The translations under genes and the position numbers were made by a program. A DNA stretch of 24,677 nt, taken from the NCBI GenBank assembly GCA_041576165.1, contig JBFGLM010000061.1, positions 1 to 24,677 of the forward strand. Direction: 5' to 3'. Every line of letters starts with the position of its first letter. The stretch's first letter is position 1. The notes under the pieces were generated by a model, which was not told the DNA's origin, ran no database searches, and saw only the letters and a program-made list of their open reading frames with translations. This document shows positions 1 to 9,623 of the stretch, piece after piece. Origin of the DNA: Acidimicrobiia bacterium. Its GTDB lineage: Bacteria; Actinomycetota; Acidimicrobiia; Spongiisociales; Spongiisociaceae.

Positions 1-40
1 GATAACGAACGACGGGCAGCTCGTGCCGTTCGAGTTCTGA
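1..40 (+). CDS. Possible 3' end of an unidentified CDS entering from outside the window (…ITNDGQLVPFEF*)
   Basis: Frame starting at base 2 reads ATA ACG AAC GAC GGG CAG CTC GTG CCG TTC GAG TTC TGA, with GC-rich third positions. Too short to identify. Confidence 0.4.
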   Translation, partial: ITNDGQLVPFEF

Positions 41-779
41 CAGGGCCAGACCGTTTCGTAGTCGAGGAGTGTGGCGGCTTCACGGCGTGGGTGTCCCGGC
101 CTCATCGTGTGGCAGGAGCGATGAGCCGCTTCAGACGACCACGACCCTCGCCACGACATCGAGATCGACACACAGATCGCCCACCATGAGCGATAACACC
201 CCGCACCCCGAACCGGGCCGACCGGCACCTCCAGCGCTACCTGCCGAGAGGTCGGTTGCGTACGCCGTCTGCTCATCTCGGCATCATGGAGGCAACGTCC
301 ACGGGGTAGCCGCCGTCCATGGGGTTCTACTCCCGATGCGAGTGGAGGGTCGGCCTTGCCACGTCCGGACGCCGCGCATTGCCACCGGGTGTTCAATGAT
401 GAACTGGCGGGCGATCCCGAAGGGGCATCCGTCGCTACGTGTTGGCCAGTGGCTCTGTCCGGGGAACTCGACGGTCGTGCAGGATGCCCACTCGCTTGGT
501 CAGCGCCGCCGAGTATCTCGTCGGGGCTTCAGTGGAGCGCATCTCCATTCCTTGAACCGAGAACCGGAATCGAGGTGTTGCCTCCCGAATCGACATCGCC
601 TGCACATCTCGGACAAGCTGACGCATCGTAGAGCGGACCATCCGCGCCGGGATCGATCAAGCTGGCGTGTCGTTCCTCACCGACAATAGGAGCAGGTCAT
701 CCGCTCCGTCATCCCGTCCTCCATACGGGGCATGCTCTCAGGTCGGGTCCACGACGCATGCCTGTGCGCTCGGTCCTCG

Positions 780-2672
780 TCAGCCGATCACGACGATCTG
801 GTCGTGGTCGTCGAGGCGCACCCGCTCGGTCAGGCGGGGATTGAGCCGAAGATCCGCATCCGAGCCCACGAGTCGGCGCCAACCGATGGCGAGCGCACCG
901 GTGGCGTAGACGGTGGTCACGACGTCCTCGCTGGTGACCTCGCCGCAGAGTCCGTACTGGGATGCCGGAATCAGCCGGATTGAGGGGCCCGCCTCTGCGT
1001 ACAGACCCAGCAACACGGAGCGACGCTCTGGTTGCTCGGCGAGCTGGGCAATGAGCCTGCTTGCGATTCCGGAGCTCACGACGTAGTCGTCTGCTCCCGA
1101 CACGCGGGCCATGTCGACGCTTTCGCTGTCTTGCAGCTCCACGATGATGCGTGGCCGCTCCCCGTCCCGCGACGCCAGCTCGCGTCGTAGGGCCATCAGG
1201 TTCAGCAACGTGCGGCTGTCCGCTTCGGATGCAGTGAGCAGGTCGCGATAGCCGAGGAGCACAACGGCGGTGATGTCCTCCTCCTCGGCAAGCTCGAGTG
1301 ACCAGGCCCTGCTGGGCACGGGGCGGGTTGTAACGCTCAGCCGGGTCAGCTCGGGCACGTTGACGTCGCTCTCTTGCAACACGGTGGCGTCGTAGATGAT
1401 CTCGCACGTCGACTCCGCCGAGCAAGACCCATCGAGCTCTGCGAGCAGCTGTGCACCGAGGGCGTTCCACCCGACGACGAGTAAGTGCTCCTCTCGGGAT
1501 CCACCGCCGAGGATGCTCGGAGGCTCGCCCGCGTGGTGGATCGAGCTGGGGTTGGACGCAGGTCGGCGGTCCGGCTCGCCTGCATCGTTGGCGAGCAGAA
1601 TGATCCGGTCGCCAGGTGTGAAGACCGCGGAAGGCGGAGGGTTGATCTCGGGCTGCCCGTCGGGGCGCATCCTTCCGATGGGTCGAGCATTGACGAACCT
1701 CGTGATCACGTCGCCAAACGGCACGCCGTTGAGGTCACCGAGATCACGGATGTGGAGATCGGCGCCTCTCAGATCCAACAACTCGCTTGCCACCTGATTG
1801 AGCCCCGGCTGCCGGAGCGCAAATACCATCGTCCTAGCCACACTCTGGCGAGCGACCACAGGGTGGACGCCTGGACCACAGGCGCGAACGAGATGCTCTG
1901 CCGTGTTCAAGTCGTCGAGGTCAACGATGATCGGGATCCGGTCGAATCCGCCGAGGACGGTGCCTGCGGCGAGGGTGCTCTTCACGGCGCGGCTATCACC
2001 GACATCGTCGTCCTCGCCGAGGACGATGACGGCGCGTGCGCGCGGAAGGGCAACCAGCGAGAGGGCGGCGACGCTGGTGGAATCACCATGTCGCACCACC
2101 AAACGCGTGCCTCGGAGATCAGGCACCTCGAGCCGCACCGTATCTGCCACATCGGCTGGCTCCTCGTCGGTGAGCACAACGACGGCTTGGTTCTTCCTCC
2201 CGCGATTAGCCAGAACCAGCTGGTCGACGACGTCGGCGAGCCGGCTCGACCCGCCGAGGACGACGACATGACCGGATTCGACGACGACGCTGCGTCCCCG
2301 TCGCATCTCCTCCACCCGCTGCTCGACGCCGCTGGCAATCAAGCCGATCAGCGTGCCGGCAATCAGGATGCCCCACACGGTGACGATCAATGCGAGGATG
2401 CGGCGGCCCCAACCGACATCGCCGGCCATCGTTCCAGTATCGAGGATCCGCAGCAGGCTCTGCCAGAAGTCCTCGATCCACCCGGAGTCGTCGCTACCGG
2501 CGAAGGTGACCCCGAAGATCGCCAGCAACGCCGAGCTGAGCAGTATGGCCAGCAGGGTGATCAGCCCCAACCACACCAACACAGCCCACATGCCACGGGC
2601 GAGGAGGTTGTCGAAGCGATAGCGGATGCGGTCGCGTAAACGGTCCGGTCCGTCGGTTGGATCGTGGGGCAT
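780..2672 (-). CDS. CASTOR/POLLUX (DMI1)-related cation channel, 630 aa: two TM helices flanking a pore loop, followed by two RCK-like domains
   Basis: N-terminal LRDRIRYRFDNLLARG, TM1 (WAVLVWLGLITLLAILL…), pore helix/filter FWQSLLRILDTGTMAGD, TM2 (ILALIVTVWGILIAGTLIGLI), linker MRRGRSVVVESGHVVVLG, second Rossmann strand HLLVVGWN, and ADSRTLLNL / ADDYVVS motifs typical of bacterial CASTOR/POLLUX homologues. Confidence 0.85.
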   Translation of the reverse strand: MPHDPTDGPDRLRDRIRYRFDNLLARGMWAVLVWLGLITLLAILLSSALLAIFGVTFAGSDDSGWIEDFWQSLLRILDTGTMAGDVGWGRRILALIVTVWGILIAGTLIGLIASGVEQRVEEMRRGRSVVVESGHVVVLGGSSRLADVVDQLVLANRGRKNQAVVVLTDEEPADVADTVRLEVPDLRGTRLVVRHGDSTSVAALSLVALPRARAVIVLGEDDDVGDSRAVKSTLAAGTVLGGFDRIPIIVDLDDLNTAEHLVRACGPGVHPVVARQSVARTMVFALRQPGLNQVASELLDLRGADLHIRDLGDLNGVPFGDVITRFVNARPIGRMRPDGQPEINPPPSAVFTPGDRIILLANDAGEPDRRPASNPSSIHHAGEPPSILGGGSREEHLLVVGWNALGAQLLAELDGSCSAESTCEIIYDATVLQESDVNVPELTRLSVTTRPVPSRAWSLELAEEEDITAVVLLGYRDLLTASEADSRTLLNLMALRRELASRDGERPRIIVELQDSESVDMARVSGADDYVVSSGIASRLIAQLAEQPERRSVLLGLYAEAGPSIRLIPASQYGLCGEVTSEDVVTTVYATGALAIGWRRLVGSDADLRLNPRLTERVRLDDHDQIVVIG

Positions 2673-3352
2673 ATCGATACCTGTGGGCGCTGGTTTGCCG
2701 GCACGGTATCCCCTGGGCCATCACCGCGCCACCGCTCGGCAGGTCGAGCGTTCGCCCGAGGAGGCAACCGGCACGATGCTTCCGGCACGCGTCCGGCTGA
2801 GCGCCTCCGGGCTCGTCCGATACAGCTGTCCTCGATGGATGCTTCGCTTGCGGGAGCGCCACCAGAGGCGTGCCTACCCCGGCCGGGGCGGACTGACTTA
2901 TGGTGCTCTGCCGCGATCATCTCGCAGCGCCAGCGCCGTTCGACGACGTAGCGTTTCCGAGGTCTGTGAGGCGTGTTCGTGTTCAGCGCAACCGAACAGC
3001 CCCCGGGACCGGCCACGCAACCCTCGCGCCGGCGAGCCCTCGGATAGAGTTCGTACGTGACTGACTCATCCGCCGGAGCGGCCTCACGAGATTTCGGTCG
3101 TGTCTCCCAGGGTCAGCACGCAGTACGATCGCTACATGCGCGCGGTCGCTTGAAGAAGGCAGGCCTCGCCCTTCGTTCAAACTGACGCAGCAACGTTCAA
3201 TCGTGTCCGTGATTGAGCGATCCGGCGCATCGATCGTCGGTGGGAAAGCACCGAAGTTCGGAGCGGGACGCGACCCCGGCGGCTAGTTGATGGCTCCATG
3301 GGACTGCAGACCTGCCTGCCCGTGGCAGTGGCGGCGGGGTCGCTCCGGAAGG

Positions 3353-4696
3353 TCAGGCGAAGCCGAAGATCGGCGGGAGCACCACCACCATCGTCGACGC
3401 CCACAGGGCGAAGACGGGCAGGTACGACGTCTGCCACCGTTCGAGACGATGCCGGCCGGATCGTCCCCCGAGGAAACGGGCCGAGAGCCAGGCGGTCCCG
3501 GCCAGATTGGCTAGGAGGACGAGATTGAGGCCGAGGGCGGCAGCGCGGTTGGGTGTGAACCCGAGGTCGCCGATCCGGCCGATCATCGCCGCCAGCACCA
3601 GGCCATCGAGCACGAGGGCGCTCACGACAGCGAGCAGCTCGACCCGGTCCATCAGGCCGGCCGGTTTCGAGGGCTCCCGGGCCGACAGGGCGTAGAGGAC
3701 GAGGCCCAGCACCACCACCATCAGGGCGTCGAACACTCCGAGCTGCTCGCGGTCGAACTCACCGGCGACCCCGGACACTGCGTAGGTGACTGCGGCGACG
3801 GCGAGCATCAACGCGAATAGCGGCGTGAACAGCATGGTGAGCACCGGCGCCATGTTCTCGACCACCCGCTGTCTCGACTCGACCAACCAGGCGGCGACCA
3901 CCACTGCCCCGGCCGCTCCCTAGGGGAGCACCCACGAGAACACCTCGTTGACGAGTTCGACCCCGATCGGCTGGAGGATGGCCTGGGTGAGATAGAGCAG
4001 CACGCCGCCACCGAGAGCGATGAGTGTGTAGTAGATGATCCATTCGCCGGTGAAGCGGACGAAGTGCATGCGCCGCTCGTGCGACCTTACCGTGCCGCCC
4101 ATGTAGGGGTAGGCGACGGCGAACCAGAGGACGACGGGCAGGTGGAGAGCGACGAGGACCTCGGTGCCCGAGTCGGGGCGGTAGGGGTAGAGGTTGACGA
4201 GGAGGGCGGATGCCACGAACGGGGCCGCGAACAGAGCCCACTGTCGGGGGCCGAGCCGGCGCCGGCGGGCGAAGTAGGCGCCGAGGAACGGAAGCAGCAG
4301 CAGGCCGAGGTTGCGACCCAGCCAGATGGGAGCCTCGTCGGGGAAGTCGGCGATGAGCCGCGCCACCTGGATGGCCACGGCTGCGCCCAGCCCGAACAGG
4401 AATGCTTCGAGCCAGCCTCCGCCGGCTGTGACCCGCCGGTCCTCGGAGCGGAGGACGAGCTGTTTCCACAGGCGGCCGCTGTGCTCGCGGGCGAACTCGC
4501 GGGAGAGGGCGTCGATATCGCCCATCCGTTTGACGGCGACCAGGAACGCCTCGTCATCGGCGAGACCGGCGGCGCTGAGCTCGGCGATCTGGTCCCGGAG
4601 GTGGGCTTCGAGTTCGTCGATGTCACCGCCGTCGACGGTGCCGGCGGCGTCCAGGTAGGCGCGCCATTCGGCGATCTGGGATGCGACTCCGTTCAC
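3353..4696 (-). pseudogene. PadR-associated membrane protein (permease prefix domain 1 / HAAS-like N-terminus plus multi-TM C-terminus), interrupted by an in-frame TAG at 3920-3922
   Basis: GTG start at 4696 overlaps the padR TGA (GTGA). The N-terminus reads IDELEAHLRDQIAELSAAGLADDEAFLVAVKRMG. ORFs 3920..4927 and 3353..3904 share one frame and read …FSWVLP*GAAGAVVVAAWLVE…; 448 codons in total including the final stop. Confidence 0.8.
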
Positions 4697-5055
4697 GGGT
4701 TCACACTCGATGCTTCCAGCCGGCCGCCGAAGCCCTGCCAGACATCGCCGAGCGCCCGGGTAACGGTCACCCACTGCCGTCGGCGTTCGGCGAGGGCCTC
4801 CAACCCGTCGTCGGTGATCGCGTAATAGCGGCGACGGCGCCCTTCGGGCGGGGTGCGCCATTCGGAGCTGACATAGCCCAGCCGGCGCAGGCGGTGGAGC
4901 AGCGGGTAAAGCATCCCGTCGGTCCATTCCAGCTCCCCGCCGGACAGGTCACGCACCCGTTTGAGGATGGCGTAGCCGTAGCTCTCCCCCTCGGCGAGGA
5001 TCGCCAGCACCAGCGGCGTCGCCGAGGCGGCGACCAAGTCCTTGTCGATGTGCAT
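4693..5055 (-). CDS. PadR-family transcriptional regulator, 120 aa
   Basis: MHIDKDLVAASATPLVLAILAEGESYGYAILKRVRDLSGGELEWTDGMLYPLLHRL…RRRYYAITDDG is a typical PadR winged HTH. Start taken as the ATG at 5055 rather than 5250. Confidence 0.92.
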   Translation of the reverse strand: MHIDKDLVAASATPLVLAILAEGESYGYAILKRVRDLSGGELEWTDGMLYPLLHRLRRLGYVSSEWRTPPEGRRRRYYAITDDGLEALAERRRQWVTVTRALGDVWQGFGGRLEASSVNP

Positions 5056-5083
5056 CCAGCCCTCGATCCGTGTCGAGCCTACA

Positions 5084-5119
5084 TACATAGAACCACAAGG
5101 TACATAGAACTGCAAGGTA
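5084..5119. promoter_or_regulatory. Tandem 17-bp repeat forming two overlapping imperfect palindromes TACATAG-N5-CAAGGTA; putative PadR operator/promoter
   Basis: TACATAGAACCACAAGG (5084-5100) and TACATAGAACTGCAAGG (5101-5117) followed by TA. AT-rich in a high-GC background, starting 28 nt upstream of the padR start. Confidence 0.7.
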
Positions 5120-5393
5120 TCAGCTGGGCCGGAGCAACCGTTCGTTGGATGGAGCCGCGTGCTGTACACACCGTCGCCCAGCCCTGCGATCAGAGCGTCG
5201 GGAGCCGTTGGTGCAAGGCGGGGCTCCGGGGTCCCTAGACCGAAGGTCATAAGAGCACGCCTTCATGGCAGCCGAAATCGTCCGCGTTCCGGGAACCACC
5301 GGGAGATAGCACATAACGCTCACCGCCCCGAGCGATCTCGGACACTCCGTTCCGAGCCGAGCCGGCAATCGGCGCTAGTCCAACACCGGATCC

Positions 5394-6548
5394 TCACCCG
5401 ACCCGGCCACAGCACCCGCGAGTTCGGCGTCGATCAACACAGAGATAGCCCAACCCATGGACACCCCGGCACCCACATCGACGGTTTCGCCGGCCAGCCA
5501 ACGGCCCACGTGATAGGCGTGGGTGGCCAAACTGATTCCGACCACCTTGCCCCACCCGACGCGTCACCCGCCGTTCCATCACCACCGGGGCGACATCGGC
5601 AACGTCGTCGGTGCCAGCCACCTCAAACGACTCAGACACGGCTAGCTCAAAACGGCGGATGGGCGGCACCATCCCAATCCCCTGATGGGGCCGCTCCGTG
5701 TTGTATCCCACCACCCACCGATCGAGCTCCTCCTGGGCCTCCTCGAGACTCTCAAACGTCTTGCCGGCCAAGAATTCTCGCTTGATGGTCTTGTGGAACC
5801 GCTCCACCTTCCTCGTCGTGGTCGGCGACCGCGGCGCCGTCAACAAGTGCCGGATCCCGTTCTCCCGACACACCCGATCAAACAACACCTCACCAGTGCC
5901 GGGCCCGAACCTCCCGGTGAACACCTTCCCATTGTCAGTCAGAACCTGATCTGGGATCCCATGACGGGCCATCGCCTCGACCAACGCGTCACACACCGGC
6001 CGCGCGGTCGCCCGCCGCACCACCTTGACCGACACGCAGAACCGCGAGTGGTCATCGATCCCCGTTACCACCTTGCACTCCGAACCATCCGACAGATAGA
6101 CGCCGCCCATGATGTCCATCTGCCACAACTCCATCGCCCGGGCCCGTTCCCACCGCTTGTAATCCTTCCGCCGCTTCCTCCGAGCCGTCTGGTCGACCAA
6201 GTTGTGGCGCACCAACGCCCGATAGATCGCCGAACGAGACGGAACCGGAACCACACCTTCCCGCTCCAAGTGATACAAGATCGTGCGTGGACCCCACCCC
6301 GGATGCGCCCGCCGCATCTCCACAAGCCGCGCCTCGACCGCAGCTGGCATCTGATGCGGACACGAACCAGGCCTCGACGGCCGATCCACCAGACCCGCCA
6401 AACCATCCCTGGCATACCGCCGAAGCCACGTATGCACCGTCTGACGAGCCACCCCATACCGGCCAGCCACCCCCGTCACCGACGCCCCCGCCAACACCTC
6501 CAACACCGCCTGATACCGCTGCTCCACCACACCCAGCTCCACCAACAC
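5394..6548 (-). pseudogene. IS481-family DDE transposase, frameshifted and truncated at the C-terminus
   Basis: HTH (VAGRYGVARQTVHTWLRRY), PGWGPRTI, DDE motifs WQMD / GIDDHSRF / LTDNG / KVERFHKT. An extra A at ~5536-5537 moves the natural continuation ISLATHAYHVGRWLAGETVDV into another frame. Confidence 0.88.
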
Positions 6549-6721
6549 GACGGACCCCTCCTCGTCGGCGACAGGTCACGTCACCATCAAACAAGAAAGG
6601 TGTGGAACCAAAGGTGTCGTCCACGTACCGGAGCCACTGTCGCCCAGGAACCGGAACCGCGTCCACAAAGTGGAACTCACCTACCGGAGCCACCGTGTCC
6701 AGTATCTACCGAAGGAGCACA
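5474..6721 (-). mobile_element. Partial IS481-family element (left end intact, right end not found)
   Basis: 5'-TGT terminus on the minus strand at 6721 (TGTGCTCCTTCGGTAGATACTGGACA), subterminal repeats at 6615-6721, transposase below. Similarity appears to break off near 5474. Confidence 0.75.
6615..6721. repeat. Four imperfect ~22-bp subterminal direct repeats of the IS end (putative transposase-binding sites)
   Basis: TGTCGTCCACGTACCGGAGCCA (6615), TGTCGCCCAGGAACCGGAACCG (6638), TGGAACTCACCTACCGGAGCCA (6671), TGTCCAGTATCTACCGAAGGAGCACA (6696-6721). Confidence 0.8.
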
Positions 6722-6730
6722 GACTGCGCA

Positions 6731-6750
6731 TGCGGACTCGTTGCGGACTC
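6731..6750. repeat. Direct repeat TGCGGACTC x2 (11-bp period); candidate integrase arm-type sites next to the tRNA
   Basis: Exact copies at 6731-6739 and 6742-6750, about 70-90 nt beyond the tRNA 3' end. Confidence 0.55.
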
Positions 6751-6821
6751 TGGGAGATTCGATAGACCAGGCGCGAACTCGGCTGACCTTCCGGCAATGC
6801 CCTGACCAGGGGTTTTAGCCG

Positions 6822-6905
6822 TGCCCGGGGTGGGATTCGAACCCACATGCCCTCACGGACAGCGGATTTTAAGTCCGCCACGTCTGCCAATTCCGTCACC
6901 CGGGC
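6822..6905 (-). tRNA. tRNA-Leu, anticodon TAA (reads UUA; the bldA-equivalent isoacceptor); CCA not encoded
   Basis: Minus strand: acceptor GCCCGGG/CCCGGGC plus discriminator A, D-loop GAATTGGCAGAC, anticodon arm GCGGA-CTTAAAA-TCCGC, long variable arm TGTCCGTGAGGGCA, T-arm GTGGG-TTCGAAT-CCCAC. Confidence 0.97.
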
Positions 6906-6917
6906 TGGGTGCAAGTG

Positions 6918-6923
6918 AGGATA
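6918..6923 (-). promoter_or_regulatory. Putative -10 element (TATCCT) for the tRNA
   Basis: TANNNT hexamer 12 nt upstream of the tRNA 5' end. No convincing -35. Confidence 0.45.
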
Positions 6924-6968
6924 CGACGACAATGGGGACACTGCCGGCAATGGGCAACCATCGGCGAA

Positions 6969-7268
6969 CTAGCGCAGCACCGCCGCTTCAGCTTGAAGCA
7001 ACCGCAGCCACTCCCGGTAAGTGGGGACGTTGGCCTTGAGGCGGATCGCGGTCTCACAGGTGGTGTGGTCGCACTTGATCTGTCCGTCGTTGGCCGCGAA
7101 GTCGTACATGCACAGGTCGCACGTGACCTCGAGCTCCTTAGGAAGCCCTGGGCACTCGTAGAAACTGCAGGGACGCGCTCCGGGCTCGCTGACGGATGCG
7201 CGCGTACACCCCGGACACCTTGGCCGGAAGTTGCGAGCAGCTTCCGGAAGCAGAGGCATCGCCAACAT
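6969..7268 (-). CDS. Small hypothetical protein (~99 aa) with 8 Cys in two C-x2-C-x12-C-x4-C modules; putative metal-binding protein
   Basis: GC-biased third positions, purine-rich SD-like AGAAGAAGG before the ATG at 7268 (alternative GTG at 7274), co-oriented with the operon and filling the gap between DUF501 and the tRNA. Confidence 0.8.
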   Translation of the reverse strand: MLAMPLLPEAARNFRPRCPGCTRASVSEPGARPCSFYECPGLPKELEVTCDLCMYDFAANDGQIKCDHTTCETAIRLKANVPTYREWLRLLQAEAAVLR

Positions 7269-7379
7269 GCTCACCTTCTTCTCGCGTCACACCATTCTGT
7301 GGTCCGGTTTCCCACGCCGTCCAGGGCCGATGGACCTGAATCCGCCGCGGATTGGCGGGGCCGTGCCAAGGCCGCCGCG

Positions 7380-7893
7380 TCAAGACGGTTCGCGCCAGGC
7401 GGCGTTCTCGACGGCCTCCCCGCCTGCCTCGACCACGCACGGCATTTCACAATCGAGTGGCTCCACCCACGGTGCCACTATCTCCCCCACCGGGTTTTCG
7501 TTCCCGGCCCGCCGGTCGGCGTAGTGGGCGTGGAGGCATTTGATCCCGGCAGAGGTTCCGCCCACCCCGCCGGTCGGCCGGTGGATCGCATCGTCGGGGA
7601 TCAACGCGTCACGCTCACGGGCATACCGTTCATTTGCCGCGGCGAGCGCAGCACCGAATGCGGGTACCACCCGGGCCCGCCACTCCATCGTTTTGACGCC
7701 CCCGCCACTCTCCAGTCGACCGATGCGCTTGGTGGCCAGCGGACAGGTGAGCCAGTAGCGGGTTGGAAACGGGGTTCCATCGTCGAGCAAGGGTGGCACG
7801 GCAATGACGACCGGGAGGCCGAGGTGGCAGCGGGAGACGACTTCGGCCGGAGCGCGCAGTGGCCGGCCGATCTGCACGGCTACAACTCCCTGG

Positions 7894-7901
<8 letters not shown>
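7380..7901 (-). CDS. DUF501 family protein, 173 aa
   Basis: QIGR…RC..GLPVVI..PP.LDDGTPFPTRYWLTCP and GVGG…IKCLHAHYA motifs. Usual position after divIC, overlapping its stop codon. Confidence 0.92.

Positions 7902-9623
<1,722 letters not shown>

Noticed and set aside
2673-3352. c-di-AMP (ydaO) or cobalamin riboswitch near the channel gene
   Set aside because: The ydaO CCGTCAGCTAA-type motif is absent on the minus strand. The cobalamin-like AGACCTGCC at ~3308 is isolated, on the wrong strand and lacks the B12 box.
3920-3922. Pyrrolysine or genome-wide TAG recoding
   Set aside because: TAG terminates other genes in the window at plausible C-termini, and no pyl genes are visible. A point mutation is simpler.
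5151-5230. Group II intron domain V (GAGCCGCGTGC…)
   Set aside because: Only the 5' arm resembles it. There is no GNRA loop, no complementary CGGTTC arm and no reverse transcriptase nearby.
6615-6721. Mini-CRISPR array
   Set aside because: Repeats are degenerate, with 1-11 nt gaps rather than spacers; there are no cas genes; and they sit at an IS terminus.
6822-6905. bldA-style developmental control through rare TTA codons
   Set aside because: TTA codons occur in ordinary genes here, including pgi (24168-24170), DUF480 (19045-19047 and 19306-19308) and the epimerase, so the tRNA is probably constitutively needed.
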